64,000 bases of DNA, from positions 248,001 to 312,000 of the forward strand of contig RSEE01000030.1 of assembly GCA_003971905.1 (NCBI GenBank), read 5' to 3'. Shown here piece by piece: positions 1 through 10,073 of the stretch (position 1 is the first letter of the stretch; each line of letters starts with the position of its first letter). The notes under the pieces were generated by a model. That model made no database searches. It had not been told where the DNA came from and was given only the letters and a program-made list of their open reading frames with translations. A program made the translations under genes and the position numbers. The DNA comes from Moniliella sp. 'wahieum' (Eukaryota).

Positions 1-1516
1 AACTAACTGGGTTCGGTCCGGTGCCATCACGCCTCGAAGTGACCAATTCCAAGATGCGGACGAGGACGAGCCGGAGGCAGAAAATCAGGATGGGTTGGCC
101 GAGACCGGATCCTTGGCCCCCTCGGTTCCCTCGGCCTTTCCTCCTACCCCCAGATCGGTCACCCCCGTATCCCATGGTAGGACCAGTGCCCTGGCCGCGT
201 TGAAACCCAGCCACTTGCCCCTCCACTCCCCGTCTCCTCCCACTGCCCAGAGCATCGGAGCGCTACCAACAGTTCTGGCGCTCTGCCCCCCGCTGGCTTG
301 GTTCCTTGGCCCCTTGGATCGACGCCCAGCCCTGGAGTGGATGGCAAGCCCAGCGGAGGCGGGGTGCGAGACACCATGTTGCCTTTTGCCAAGCCTCCCA
401 TCCGCCACATCTCTGCTCCTTTGCGCAAGGCCTCCGCACCCGAGCTGCCCCTGAGCCAGCGCCCTGGCTTGCCATCTGCCCCTCCACCCATCGCGCGGAT
501 TTTCTTCCCGCGCCTGACGGGGCGGTTCAGTACGTTGGCAGCTGGCCCTTCTATTGGCAGTCCTACCCTCATCAGCCCCACACCCGACCTGTCCACCCGC
601 ACAGGCTCTGGAACGACGGTTCCTACCCCCACTTTCCAGGGGGGCTCATTGGGTCGTGCCACGGGCATGAGCGCATTGGCCAACGCCTTGGGTTTGGATC
701 GACCGGCTGGCCAACCAACTCCACTGCTTGTGCAGCCGCCGTGCCGGAAAAACCGACCTACCCTTTCGCCGGTCCAGCCCTGTCCGGCCCCGGCGACCGA
801 CGTGGTCCCCATGCCCGCAGCGAGGGGCAAGACGGGCGAGTGCGAGTGCAGCTTCAGAGCCCAAAAAGGAGCAGGGGACAAAACCTATGTCCCAACCTAG
901 TCCTCCCGGCTGCACGACCGCAGCCCCCGTGCCACCCGGGCCGTCGCGCACAGCTGGGTTGGCCTTGCGCGTCGCTGGCACAAAAATAAGGACGCCGATC
1001 AAGCCCAGGACCGGGAGGGTCCGATTCCTCTGTTGCGCTGGGGACCAACGCGTCGCTTGACACCGAGGGGGTGAACGCGGCGATCCCACCTCCCCGCCGG
1101 GCCTCCTGGTTTGGCACCATCTTTAATTCGAAACCGTCCGTCTACACCCTATACTCGTCTGCTGCCTTGCTGCCAACCCAACAAACGTTGGTGACGCTCG
1201 TTTCCCAGCTGGCACGGACGCTCACAGGCCCGAAAATGCGAGTGCGGCAGGTACCCGGTGGTACGGCTGAAGGGCACGGCGACCCAAGCGCGCAAGTCGT
1301 CCGCTTCCGTGTGGAACTGGCCGAGTTGAGTCAAAGGGGGGAAACAGTTTCGTCAGCGAAAGAGGTGGGAGCCAGGCACCCTCTGGCGCGCTGGTACGGA
1401 TCCGACTGCTGCACGAACGTGGGTCACATGCTACGCTCAAATCGGTTCATGGAGCGTTGAAGGAACGGTGGACGCTATTGCGCCCCGGCGATCTCGCACC
1501 TTCTCAGCTCGGATGA
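1..1516 (+). CDS. 3' part of a Gin4/Hsl1-like (Nim1 family) Ser/Thr kinase, C-terminal KA1-like domain; 5' truncated, frameshifted
   Basis: A low-complexity S/P-rich region is followed by SWFGTIFNSKPSVYTLYS, VVRFRVE and, after a frame change, LLHERGSHATLKSVHGALKERWTL ending at TGA 1514-1516. This resembles the C-terminus of basidiomycete Gin4-type kinases as I remember them. The kinase domain is outside the window. Confidence 0.6.
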
Positions 1517-2426
1517 AGCTTGAGAAGAGCGGATTGAGCGTGTTGGATATGTACCGTTTTTTGATGTGTTTGCTTTGTGTTCTCTTATTCCCGTTTCGGC
1601 TTGCCATCCCTCCCTTCAGTGAATATGCATCCGAGACCAGTTGGGGGAGGAGGGTCGCGGTTTTTGTTTGTTTGTTTTTGTTCTTTTGGTGTTACAGTAC
1701 TGTTGTGTTATGAATATGGACTTGTGTAAATTTTCACCGTAGGACCATCTTCATCTTGGAGGGATATGCTCAGTTTAACCCAGACTCGGTTCACGCCCCT
1801 CGTTCAAATCCCATCTTAGGGTATGATGAGGTGCGTTTTTCGGCTTCGACGACGAACCTAGTAGAACCCCGCGGGTATTAGTAAGAAAAGGACGCTGTGG
1901 GTGCTGAAGTGCCGACCGGTGGCATGATGGTCAGGTATGTTGGCCGTATATATACAACAAAAGGGGCGCCACGAGTCCCATGACGTATTCACCGACGACC
2001 CCACACAACAGTACTTCATTGAAGTGCAAAACTCTTTTCTCTACATGCACTTTGGATTTTCGGGTTTGTGTGAGGTGTCTGAGTGTGGAGAGCGGAGACG
2101 CGAGCGATTGAGCATGTCGACTGTAAAAGAAGAGAGGGATGATCAAAGACCGACGAGAGCGAAGAGGTTGTCGAAAGAACTTTTATTGCTCCGATATTCG
2201 ATGAGGAGAAAGCTGAAAAAAGGAACTTTGGGGTGGTAGATGAAGCACGGAGACAGCAGGCGCTGGTGCCGGTACATGGGGACGGTCTACAGATGGAGAC
2301 ATAACTCTTCCCTGTTACACGTACCAGCAGAACTCGATAAACTGTTACCAGTTTGTGCGTAGGGTTTGTCGGGAGGATGGGCGCCTGCCACTACCTGATC
2401 CTTAGACTGGTGGTTCTCTGTCAAAA

Positions 2427-2533
2427 TTCCCCGTAGCTCAATTGGTCAGAGTTTGATGCTTATATCATGCTGTATTCAGTGGCTGGATAGGCGGTGTACT
2501 TCACGGTTCCGAGTTCGAGCCTCGGCGGGGAAA
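2427..2533 (+). tRNA. tRNA-Ile(TAT) with ~33 nt intron (2465-2497)
   Basis: Acceptor stem TTCCCCG/CGGGGAA; D arm GCTC-AATTGGTCA-GAGT; CT-TAT-A anticodon loop; T arm CCGAG-TTCGAGC-CTCGG; T-run terminator directly after. One T-T mismatch in the anticodon stem. Confidence 0.8.
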
Positions 2534-2729
2534 TTTTTCCTTGTACCCGCCGCTCCTTTTTGGTGCAGCGAGCGGACGCATCGCAACACTAGCCCGCTTA
2601 CCGCACTGGACGGTGGCGACTGGGGCGGAATTAGCTAGGGGCCCAGTCCGCCCGTTGGATAAAATACGGGTATCCCAGCCCCTCTGGTACCCAACTGACG
2701 CAGCCCCTTAGCCCACCACCCCCATTGCC

Positions 2730-3869
2730 ATGTACCGCGGCGTGTCTCTCGAGAACGATTCGGTCACATTCCGCGACAAGGATGCTGCGGCTGTACGCAA
2801 GCTCGCTGGAACGGGCCAACTGCCCGAGTGTTATGCTCGCAAGGTGACCATCTCCAAGGTCAACCTCGACTCGATCCGGCCTTGGGCGACCGAACGCCTA
2901 GCCGAGCTAACTGGCATCGAGGACGATGTGGTGGTAGAGTATGTCATGTCCATGCTCGAAGGCGCAGAGGATGCCAAGCCTGATCCGCGCAAACTCCATG
3001 TGGCCATCCAGGGCTTTCTTGGCGACCAGACGCCGGCGTTTATGCAGAGCCTGTGGGAATTGCTACTGGAATCGCAAGACGCTGTGGGAGGGATTGCACC
3101 TTCGCTCGTGGAAGCCAAGAAAGCCGAGATTCGTGCGGCGGCGCAGCGGAGTCGGACCATGTTAGGATCGGCCAGCTCGGGGAGGGCGCACGGGTCGAGT
3201 GCGCCCGTGTCCGCCTGGCGCTCCGACCGGCCCCCTCCTCCAGACCACTTTGAACGTAGCCGACGCGGCGACTGGACCGGCCCAGGTCGGCGTGGTGACC
3301 GCAACCAGTTTACCGATCGAAATGGAAATGTAACGGCACGTACCTCGGACTCGGGATGGGGTGCACGAGCCATGCGTCATCGAGTGGAAGATCGTCCATC
3401 GCCTCGCGACGAGCCGGCGCGTCGTTCGCCTCGCTCCCATCGTCTGGAGGATGGTTCACGGCAGGATGCGGACCAATGGGAGAGGCGGTCTAGGGATCGG
3501 AGCGATCGGTATCGATCTTCCGATCAGGACTCGGATGTTCGTCGGAGAGCATATGACTCAGACCGTTCCCCTCGCAGGTCCGATCGCCGCTCTCACCACT
3601 CTGATGAACGGCGTGAGCGAGAGGGGCACAGGAGGTCTTACCATGCTCATCGCTCTCACCATTCTCACCGTCACCGCAGCTCCAGTCCGCGCCGGGAACG
3701 AAGCCCGCCTCCCAAATCCCCTACGGGTGAGGAAGAAGGGAGGCACCCTCGCTATCCTTCGCGTGCCTCCCCACGCCCTTCCCGTCGAGCTCACTCTCCA
3801 CGTCGCTCCGACACACCCGAGTACCGGATTGGAGATGCGCGCTCTACGACTCCTGTCTATGACCGATGA
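2730..3869 (+). CDS. PWI-domain, Arg/Ser-rich splicing factor (SRm160/SRRM1-like)
   Basis: Intact 379 aa ORF. KVTISKVNLDSIRPWATERLAELTGIEDDVVVEYV...PDPRKLHVAIQGFL...FMQSLWELLLESQ is a PWI domain, followed by an RS/RD-rich tail. Confidence 0.9.
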   Translation: MYRGVSLENDSVTFRDKDAAAVRKLAGTGQLPECYARKVTISKVNLDSIRPWATERLAELTGIEDDVVVEYVMSMLEGAEDAKPDPRKLHVAIQGFLGDQTPAFMQSLWELLLESQDAVGGIAPSLVEAKKAEIRAAAQRSRTMLGSASSGRAHGSSAPVSAWRSDRPPPPDHFERSRRGDWTGPGRRGDRNQFTDRNGNVTARTSDSGWGARAMRHRVEDRPSPRDEPARRSPRSHRLEDGSRQDADQWERRSRDRSDRYRSSDQDSDVRRRAYDSDRSPRRSDRRSHHSDERREREGHRRSYHAHRSHHSHRHRSSSPRRERSPPPKSPTGEEEGRHPRYPSRASPRPSRRAHSPRRSDTPEYRIGDARSTTPVYDR

Positions 3870-3905
3870 TTGCCATTGATTCGGTCAATGTGCACCGTGT
3901 ACAAA

Positions 3906-3991
3906 ATGCTTTATTATGTGGCACACCACACTGAACAAAATGCAAGATATGCTTTATTATGTGGCACACCACACTGAACAAAATGCAAGAT
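3906..3991. repeat. Perfect 43 bp tandem duplication
   Basis: ATGCTTTATTATGTGGCACACCACACTGAACAAAATGCAAGAT occurs at 3906-3948 and 3949-3991. Confidence 0.95.
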
Positions 3992-4274
3992 AGGATGACG
4001 ATGATGCAGATGATGTTTAAGGAGAAACGGGGGGTTGGTGCCAACAAGCAGCACACGCCGGATCAGTGGCCCGTTTAGACGCAGCGCTTTGTGTCCCAGT
4101 CTTAAACTCTGCAAATGATATGAATGCGAGAGACGTATCGTGCAGCTCATGCTCTCTTTTATGCTGAACAGTATCGATTCTGAATGGGAGTATCCAACAT
4201 CAAATCTGTTGGAAGAAGAGGATCCATGTATGTCATCCAATACTGCTGGATCATTACGGGGTTGCGTACCACAA

Positions 4275-4355
4275 GGACGGCTGGCGCAATGGTAGCGCGT
4301 CTGACTACGACTGGTTGTAATCAGGAGGTTGCAGGTTCGACCCCTGCGTCGTTCG
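4275..4355 (+). tRNA. tRNA-Arg(ACG) with 9 nt intron (4311-4319)
   Basis: Acceptor GGACGGC/GTCGTTC; D arm GCGC-AATGGTA-GCGC; anticodon stem TCTGA/TCAGG around CT-ACG-A; T arm GCAGG-TTCGACC-CCTGC; T-run ~20 nt downstream. Confidence 0.92.
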
Positions 4356-4537
4356 ACCCGACAAGGGCGTCCTTCTTTTTTTCGTGTTTTTCCTAATTGA
4401 AAAAAAACCAGTGAGTCACTATCGCGTCCAACTGGCCGCCATGTTCTATTTATCCCGCCGGATTGGGCCACACCATGAGTGCCAGTCAATGGCTGGCGGC
4501 TTTTGCACATCAACCACTCTCGAAGAATTCGACGGCC

Positions 4538-5062
4538 ATGACGAGCGCTCTTCCCATTATCGTCCGCCCAGCGACCGAGGCGGATCTTCCTCAACTCCTT
4601 GCCATCCACAACCATGCGATTGTGACCTCCACTGCACTGTATGACCTGGAGCCGGTCGATTTGGCCAATCGACAAGCTTGGTTTGCCAGCCGCGTCGAAG
4701 CGGGCCAGCCAATCCTGGTCGCCTGTCCCCCCGACGACGAGAAGGACGTGCTGGGGTATGCGACGTACGGACCTTTCTGCAGTAAGGCCGGGTACGCCTA
4801 CACGGCCGAACACAGTGTTTATGTTCGCTCTGACGCCCAGGGCCGTCGGGTAGGCTCGACGTTGCTCCGAGCGCTCCTCCAGGCGGCTGATGCCAACCAG
4901 ATCCATACCCTTGTGGCTCGGATTGATGCGAAGAACCAAACGTCGCTCACGTTGCATGATCGGTTTGGCTTTGTCCGGGTGGGCACACTACGCCAGGCCG
5001 GACGCAAGTTTGATCAGTGGCTCGATGTGGTCCTGGTTCAGCGTATGGCCCCGGCACCCTAG
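4538..5062 (+). CDS. GNAT N-acetyltransferase, phosphinothricin/methionine-sulfoximine acetyltransferase (Pat/YncA/MddA)-like
   Basis: Intronless. VRPATEADLPQLLAIHNHAIVTSTALYD, GYATYGPF, AGYAYTAEHSVYV, acetyl-CoA motif QGRRVGSTLL, N..SLTLHDRFGFVRVG and GRKFDQWLDVVLVQR match the YncA/Pat family. The start could instead be an in-frame ATG further upstream. Confidence 0.9.
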   Translation: MTSALPIIVRPATEADLPQLLAIHNHAIVTSTALYDLEPVDLANRQAWFASRVEAGQPILVACPPDDEKDVLGYATYGPFCSKAGYAYTAEHSVYVRSDAQGRRVGSTLLRALLQAADANQIHTLVARIDAKNQTSLTLHDRFGFVRVGTLRQAGRKFDQWLDVVLVQRMAPAP

Positions 5063-6102
5063 AAGATGCCTCCTTCGTACTTGGAAAGCCCGATCCAAGC
5101 AAGTACACGTGGAGGCAGCAATATTCCTCCGATTTCCAATTGCTTTTGGACAGTGTCACCTGCATTGACAGGTCATCTCGCTACGCCCCACATCTCGCCG
5201 GCGCCTCCTCCCCCCAAAGTGTAGAGGCGGCAACAAGATAAAAGCATCCCACACAGCCACTATCATTCTCTTCCTCTCGTTACGAACGTCGCTATATGGA
5301 CACAACCAGGCACGGGTGTGCCAAGTGAAAACGAATTCCTCTTCGGCCCAGAACAAATCAATGACTAGTGTCGATCGCCCCCTTCAAGCCTCAGCCTCAG
5401 CCCTCAGCGCCCTCAGAGCCTCAGCATGGCAAAGTCTGCGACGCTGGAGTGTAAAGAAAGGTACGAGGCGTATCGATCGCCAGTTCGCAGCACTGCGTAT
5501 AAATGCCAATGGTCCTGCGCGCTAGGGAGCTGGGGTGGGTTACCGATTACCGATTAGGCCTAAGGCCTTAGGCCTTAGGAGGAATCGGACATGTCGTGCG
5601 ACATCCGGGAGGACTAAGCCCTGCCGGACAAAATCAGATGTCTTGTCTTCGCCGAACGTTCAACGTTCAACCGTTCAACGATCGTTCATCACGTATCATC
5701 ACGTGATGCATCGCGTCAACGTTGACCGCGTTGACCAGTACAAAAATATTTTGCCTCATCCAATCTCCAACCATGACGTTTTGCGGTATAGTACTCACTC
5801 AAAGATGCCAAACCCCATTATAGCTGCTGCTGCTACTCCTCTCTCCATTGTCAACGCGGGCACTCTACTCATTTCCAACGCGGGCCGAACCTTGGCAGAG
5901 ATGGGGCCCAACGGGGTAGATTTCAAATAGGGACGGGAGTTCACATGTCACATGAGCGCAAGAAATAACTAATGACGCCTCCCAAAGACCAACTCAAAGG
6001 GTAAGGTGTTTGCAAGCGAAAAACAAAGAACGCGGGGGGTTAGGGAGAGGGGGAAGGGGGGGGAGGGGAGATGGGGGAAAAGTCCATGAAATAGGAGCCG
6101 GT

Positions 6103-7124
6103 TTACGGGTCCTTGATAGCCGGGCCGTTGGTGACCGAAGCGTGGGCGCGGCAGTTGGAGCTCGAGCCGGCGGGCTGGGCCGAAGGGGTGGGGTCGTTAC
6201 CCTGGTACCAGGTGCTGGTACCGTACACGCCCGGCGGGCTGCCCGACTCACCATCGCATTGCTCAAACGAGTCGCCGTACGAGGCGGGCTCGTTCCAGTA
6301 GCAGCCCATCTCGTCGTAAATGTGCGGGCACCATTTCCGGGCGTTGGCCGACTCGCCAAAGCAGGCACGGAAGCAGTACTCGTTGTCCGAGATGAAGGAC
6401 TGCCACTCGGGCAAACGCTCCCAGTTGCCCGTACGGGTGCGGCTGAACACAAGCCCACCCACCGGGTTGCCCGAGCCCGTGGCGCCGTGCGGGTCCAGCT
6501 CGCCACCCTCGTCGCCGCTTTGCACGTTGACCGAGGTAAAGTCGCCGTGGCCGGTGACCTGGACAAAGTCGGGGGTCTGGAGGAAGTGGGCACCGTGGAT
6601 GGTACCGTCGGGGATGAGACGCGTACCGTATCCCGACTGCAAAAGAGAGAATAAGAGAATGTGGGCATTAGTAGTGTCCTCCGTATAGGAGCGGTGGGGT
6701 AGCCTGGAAACCGCGCAGAGGGGGGAAGGGGAGGAGAGAGGAGAGACGAACCTTGGTGCAGTAACTAATCAGCGACGCCTCCTGGCCACCAATGGTGCCG
6801 TCGTCACCACCCTGGGCCTTGTGCGGGGCCCAGATGCAGAAGTCAAGAACACTGTGCGCAACGAGGAAAAAGGGATCAGCAACAGCGTGGAGGAGGGGGC
6901 GAAAGGGAAGGTGCATACCTGTTGATGTACGCGTTCTGGCAGTGCCCGTTGGGCGTCGAAGCGCCGTAGCGCTGGGTGCAGTCGTTCCAGCCAAACTGGC
7001 CGCCGGACGCGTCGACCTGGGCAGGCAGGTTGCCGGGGTCCTGGTACTTGCCGTTGTACTGGTCCTGGGCAAGGACCGTGGCGGAGCTCGCAGCGAGGAC
7101 AGAGAGGAGAGCGCGCAGTTGCAT
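6103..7124 (-). CDS. Secreted basidiomycete mannoprotein MP88 / macrophage-activating-glycoprotein-like protein, 3 exons (7124-6919, 6851-6752, 6636-6103)
   Basis: Signal peptide MQLRALLSVLAASSATVLA; CQNAYINSVLDFCIWAP, ISYCTK|SGYGTRLIPDGTIHGAHF, GGELDPHGATGSGNPVGGLV, WCPHIYDEMGCYWNEP. Both introns are GT..CAG with CTGAT/CTAAT branch points. Confidence 0.82.
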
Positions 7125-10073
7125 GGCCGGGGGAAGACAGAAGGAGGAGGGGGAGGCTTGGTGGTGATGGGGGGAGGGGAGCAGACGAGCAGGCGGGCTG
7201 GCGGGAGGGCAGAATATAAGGGGGCTGTGGCCGACGGCCTGCGCCGGCGCCGATGCTGAGTGTCAGGCTGAGGCGACGGAGCGCGACGTTCTTACCCCGT
7301 TGCCCCGGCGCAGACAGGCAGGCAGGCGGCAGGCAAGTGTCGGGGACAGGCCCACAGCGGCAGTGTGTGTGGACGGGTGCGCGCGGGCGGGCAGCAGCAG
7401 CAGGCGGCAGGACAGGCGCAGGCCACCATGCATAGTGCATAGCCCAACCCCAGCGGGTCCAAGAACAGAGACAGGGAGCAGGCGCTGCCCAGTGCTGCTG
7501 TGCTGCTGTGCCTGGGGCTGCGCGCGGCCGATTTTGGAAGGTCGGTGTCGATACGGAGGAGAGACGGCCTGGGGCGGATGTACTTACTTTCGAGGGCCAC
7601 CACTGCGTGCGATGCTACGTGTGGCCTGGTGGGACGCACCCCAAGTTTCAAGTTGAAGCTCCAGGTTAGTCAAGCTGCTTCCAGCTGCAATACTCCATGG
7701 CCACCAGGCGGCGGTGCGAACGGGACAGAGGCTTGGATGCAGGGTCGCCAGGGTCGCCTCTGCATGAGTTCGATGATCCATGGCTGCATGCCGCCCATCC
7801 CACACGCTGGCGCAGTGCCTAGTGCACCCCAAAACAATAATGCAGGATCATGATGATCGATGACTCACTGACTGGTAGTTGCTCGTTACTAGTTACTAGC
7901 TCCTAGCTTTACTAGTTTACTAGCTAACGATGGACCATGATCGATCGCTGATCGACGATCGTCCGCCGCGGGTTGTGTTTCCCAGCGGTTGGCGGCCTTC
8001 GGTGGTCTCCTTCAGCAAGATTACATGTGACAGGCAGCTCCTCGGCTCAGCGCCTCAGCTTCAAGCTCCGAGCTTCAGCTTCAAGCTTCAAGCTTCAAGC
8101 TTCAAGCCCAGTGTTTGATGCTTAGTTTTGCTACATTGGCATGTCGCCCTCTGTCCTGCTTTGCACCCGCCGACGATGAATGGATCGGCATTGCGAGGTT
8201 CACGCGCCGCTGCTACATCATGCACTATCTGATCCCAGAGCGTCCTTGGCCGCATGGGTGGCAGGCGCGCGGGTGTGCTGTGTGTGTGCCAGCTCCGACC
8301 CCCCAGCACGGCTCCAGTCTCACCTGTCGCATCTAGTTGGCAGTCCTATCTTGGGCGGGGATCGTCGTCCGTGTCGCCTCGCCTCCGGCACGAGTGGCCT
8401 GCCGCTGCGAGCGCCGCGGATTGGATCTCACATCTTAGAGCTGCGAGCAAGCAGCTGCACTGCTGCGTGCGTGGGCTGCCTCGCCACGCACGGCAGCACT
8501 CTCCACCCTGGCCCCCTCGGGTTGGCGCGAAGCCGACGATGGGTGATGCATGATGCCTGCATGATCGCCATCCAGCAGCGCCAAGCTAGCGCTTCGCTTC
8601 TTAGTATTTGCGCGTATTCGCGCGGGAATTGCCGGCTGAAAATGGCCATGCCATTCGGGGGGGCATGCACGTGACAACCAACACGTACGACATACCCGTC
8701 GTTACGCATTCTCAGTATTCAGTTGTGCGTTACGAGGCCCTCAAGGGACCTACACCCTTCTCTGTTGGTCCGCCCCAGCAGCAGGTCCCAGCCTGTCTTC
8801 GTGCTGGCAGCGACGATCCTCGATCCACAGCCATTTTCCCCTCTTGTCCACCGTTCCATATAGCCCACCATCCTATCGCCCACGCTCCCCACCGTTCCAG
8901 CATGCAGCATAGGTTAAGATTCCATCATATTCAGTCTGTTGTCATCACAGCCGTAGCAGGAAAGCATGGCAGTCAGTAGCAGGAAAGCGGGGACGGTGTA
9001 TCACCCACAGAGGTTCAGGTGGCCGAAAGGATGTACACAGCATTAGGGCGCATTTTCTGTACTTGTTGTCAACGACTGGTGCCGCCAGGGGTCCGCCCCC
9101 GGGGGGGTCTAGGGGTACAATCCCTTGGAGGTCTAAGGTCGACTCATGGTAGTTACGCCCTTGGCTTCATTGGTGGGTCCGAGCGGAGCTAGGGACGAGG
9201 AGAGGCCTTTGGTGGGGCGGCTGCACGTGTGGCAAGGCTGCGTCTGCACCGGCTTGGGCCGTAGTAACGTGTCTGAAGCTTCCGGAACTTAGGGACGGGA
9301 GGAGGCAGAGGGGGACAAAACACTGCCTCAACTGAGACTGGGAATCGCCGCGACCAAAGGAGGGCTCGCGCGATTGGACTGACGATGGCTGGAGGACGAG
9401 GTCGGAGGAGAAGTCGGACGCTAATAAGAGGAGCTGCCTGTACTGGATCAATTGGCTGGAAATGGGCAGGAGTCGGACAGGATAGACGGGAAGGCGAGAG
9501 GATGACGAGAATGGAAGGTGGGGGAAAAAGATCCCCATCAACCAGGGGTTCAGGCAGGATCAAAAGGGAAACGGATACAAGAGGGGGTGTAGAAAGGAAG
9601 GACATGTCAAGAGCGGGGTTGGTCGCCGCAGGCGCGACCGAGAAAGGAAAAAGGAAACGGGAGCGGGGCAACACGCGTCGCCACGGCACTGGAAGCTCGG
9701 TGGCCTTATTTAGGCCGGCCGACTTGGACTTGGGCGGGGGGCGACTATTGTCGCACGGAGCATGGCCCTTCGGCCACGATACTTAATTTAGCCAACCATC
9801 ATCACACTTGGTTGGCCCGCGGAGCACGCTCTACTAGGCATGTGCGGAGCAGGCGGGCCTTAGCATCGGTCGGACCATCTCGTGTCCGCCGCAGCCCGTG
9901 ACAATAATACCCGTCATGAGGCACTTGAGGTCTGATGGTTCCTTCTGCACATAAGCAGCATGCCTAAGGCTTGCTAACTGGGGTCCTGATCGATCATCCT
10001 GCCCCAGTTCCAACCGTTCCATTCCTCTATGGCCCGTTCACCTTCTACCACCACCCTTACGACGACTCCTTTA

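Noticed and set aside
1738..1910. Possible U3 or box C/D snoRNA (TAGGACCAT..., ATGATGA at ~1823, CTGA at ~1905)
   Set aside because: The U3 box A match is poor, there is no clear terminal stem, and I could not identify a convincing rRNA antisense element.
3914..4957. 347 aa minus-strand ORF
   Set aside because: It is antisense to the GNAT and overlaps tRNA-Arg and the tandem repeat; a shadow ORF.
5555..5580. TTAGGC-like words as interstitial telomere repeats
   Set aside because: They are TTAGGCC/CCTAAGG palindromic variants rather than TTAGGG arrays, and fit the general micro-repeat patches better.
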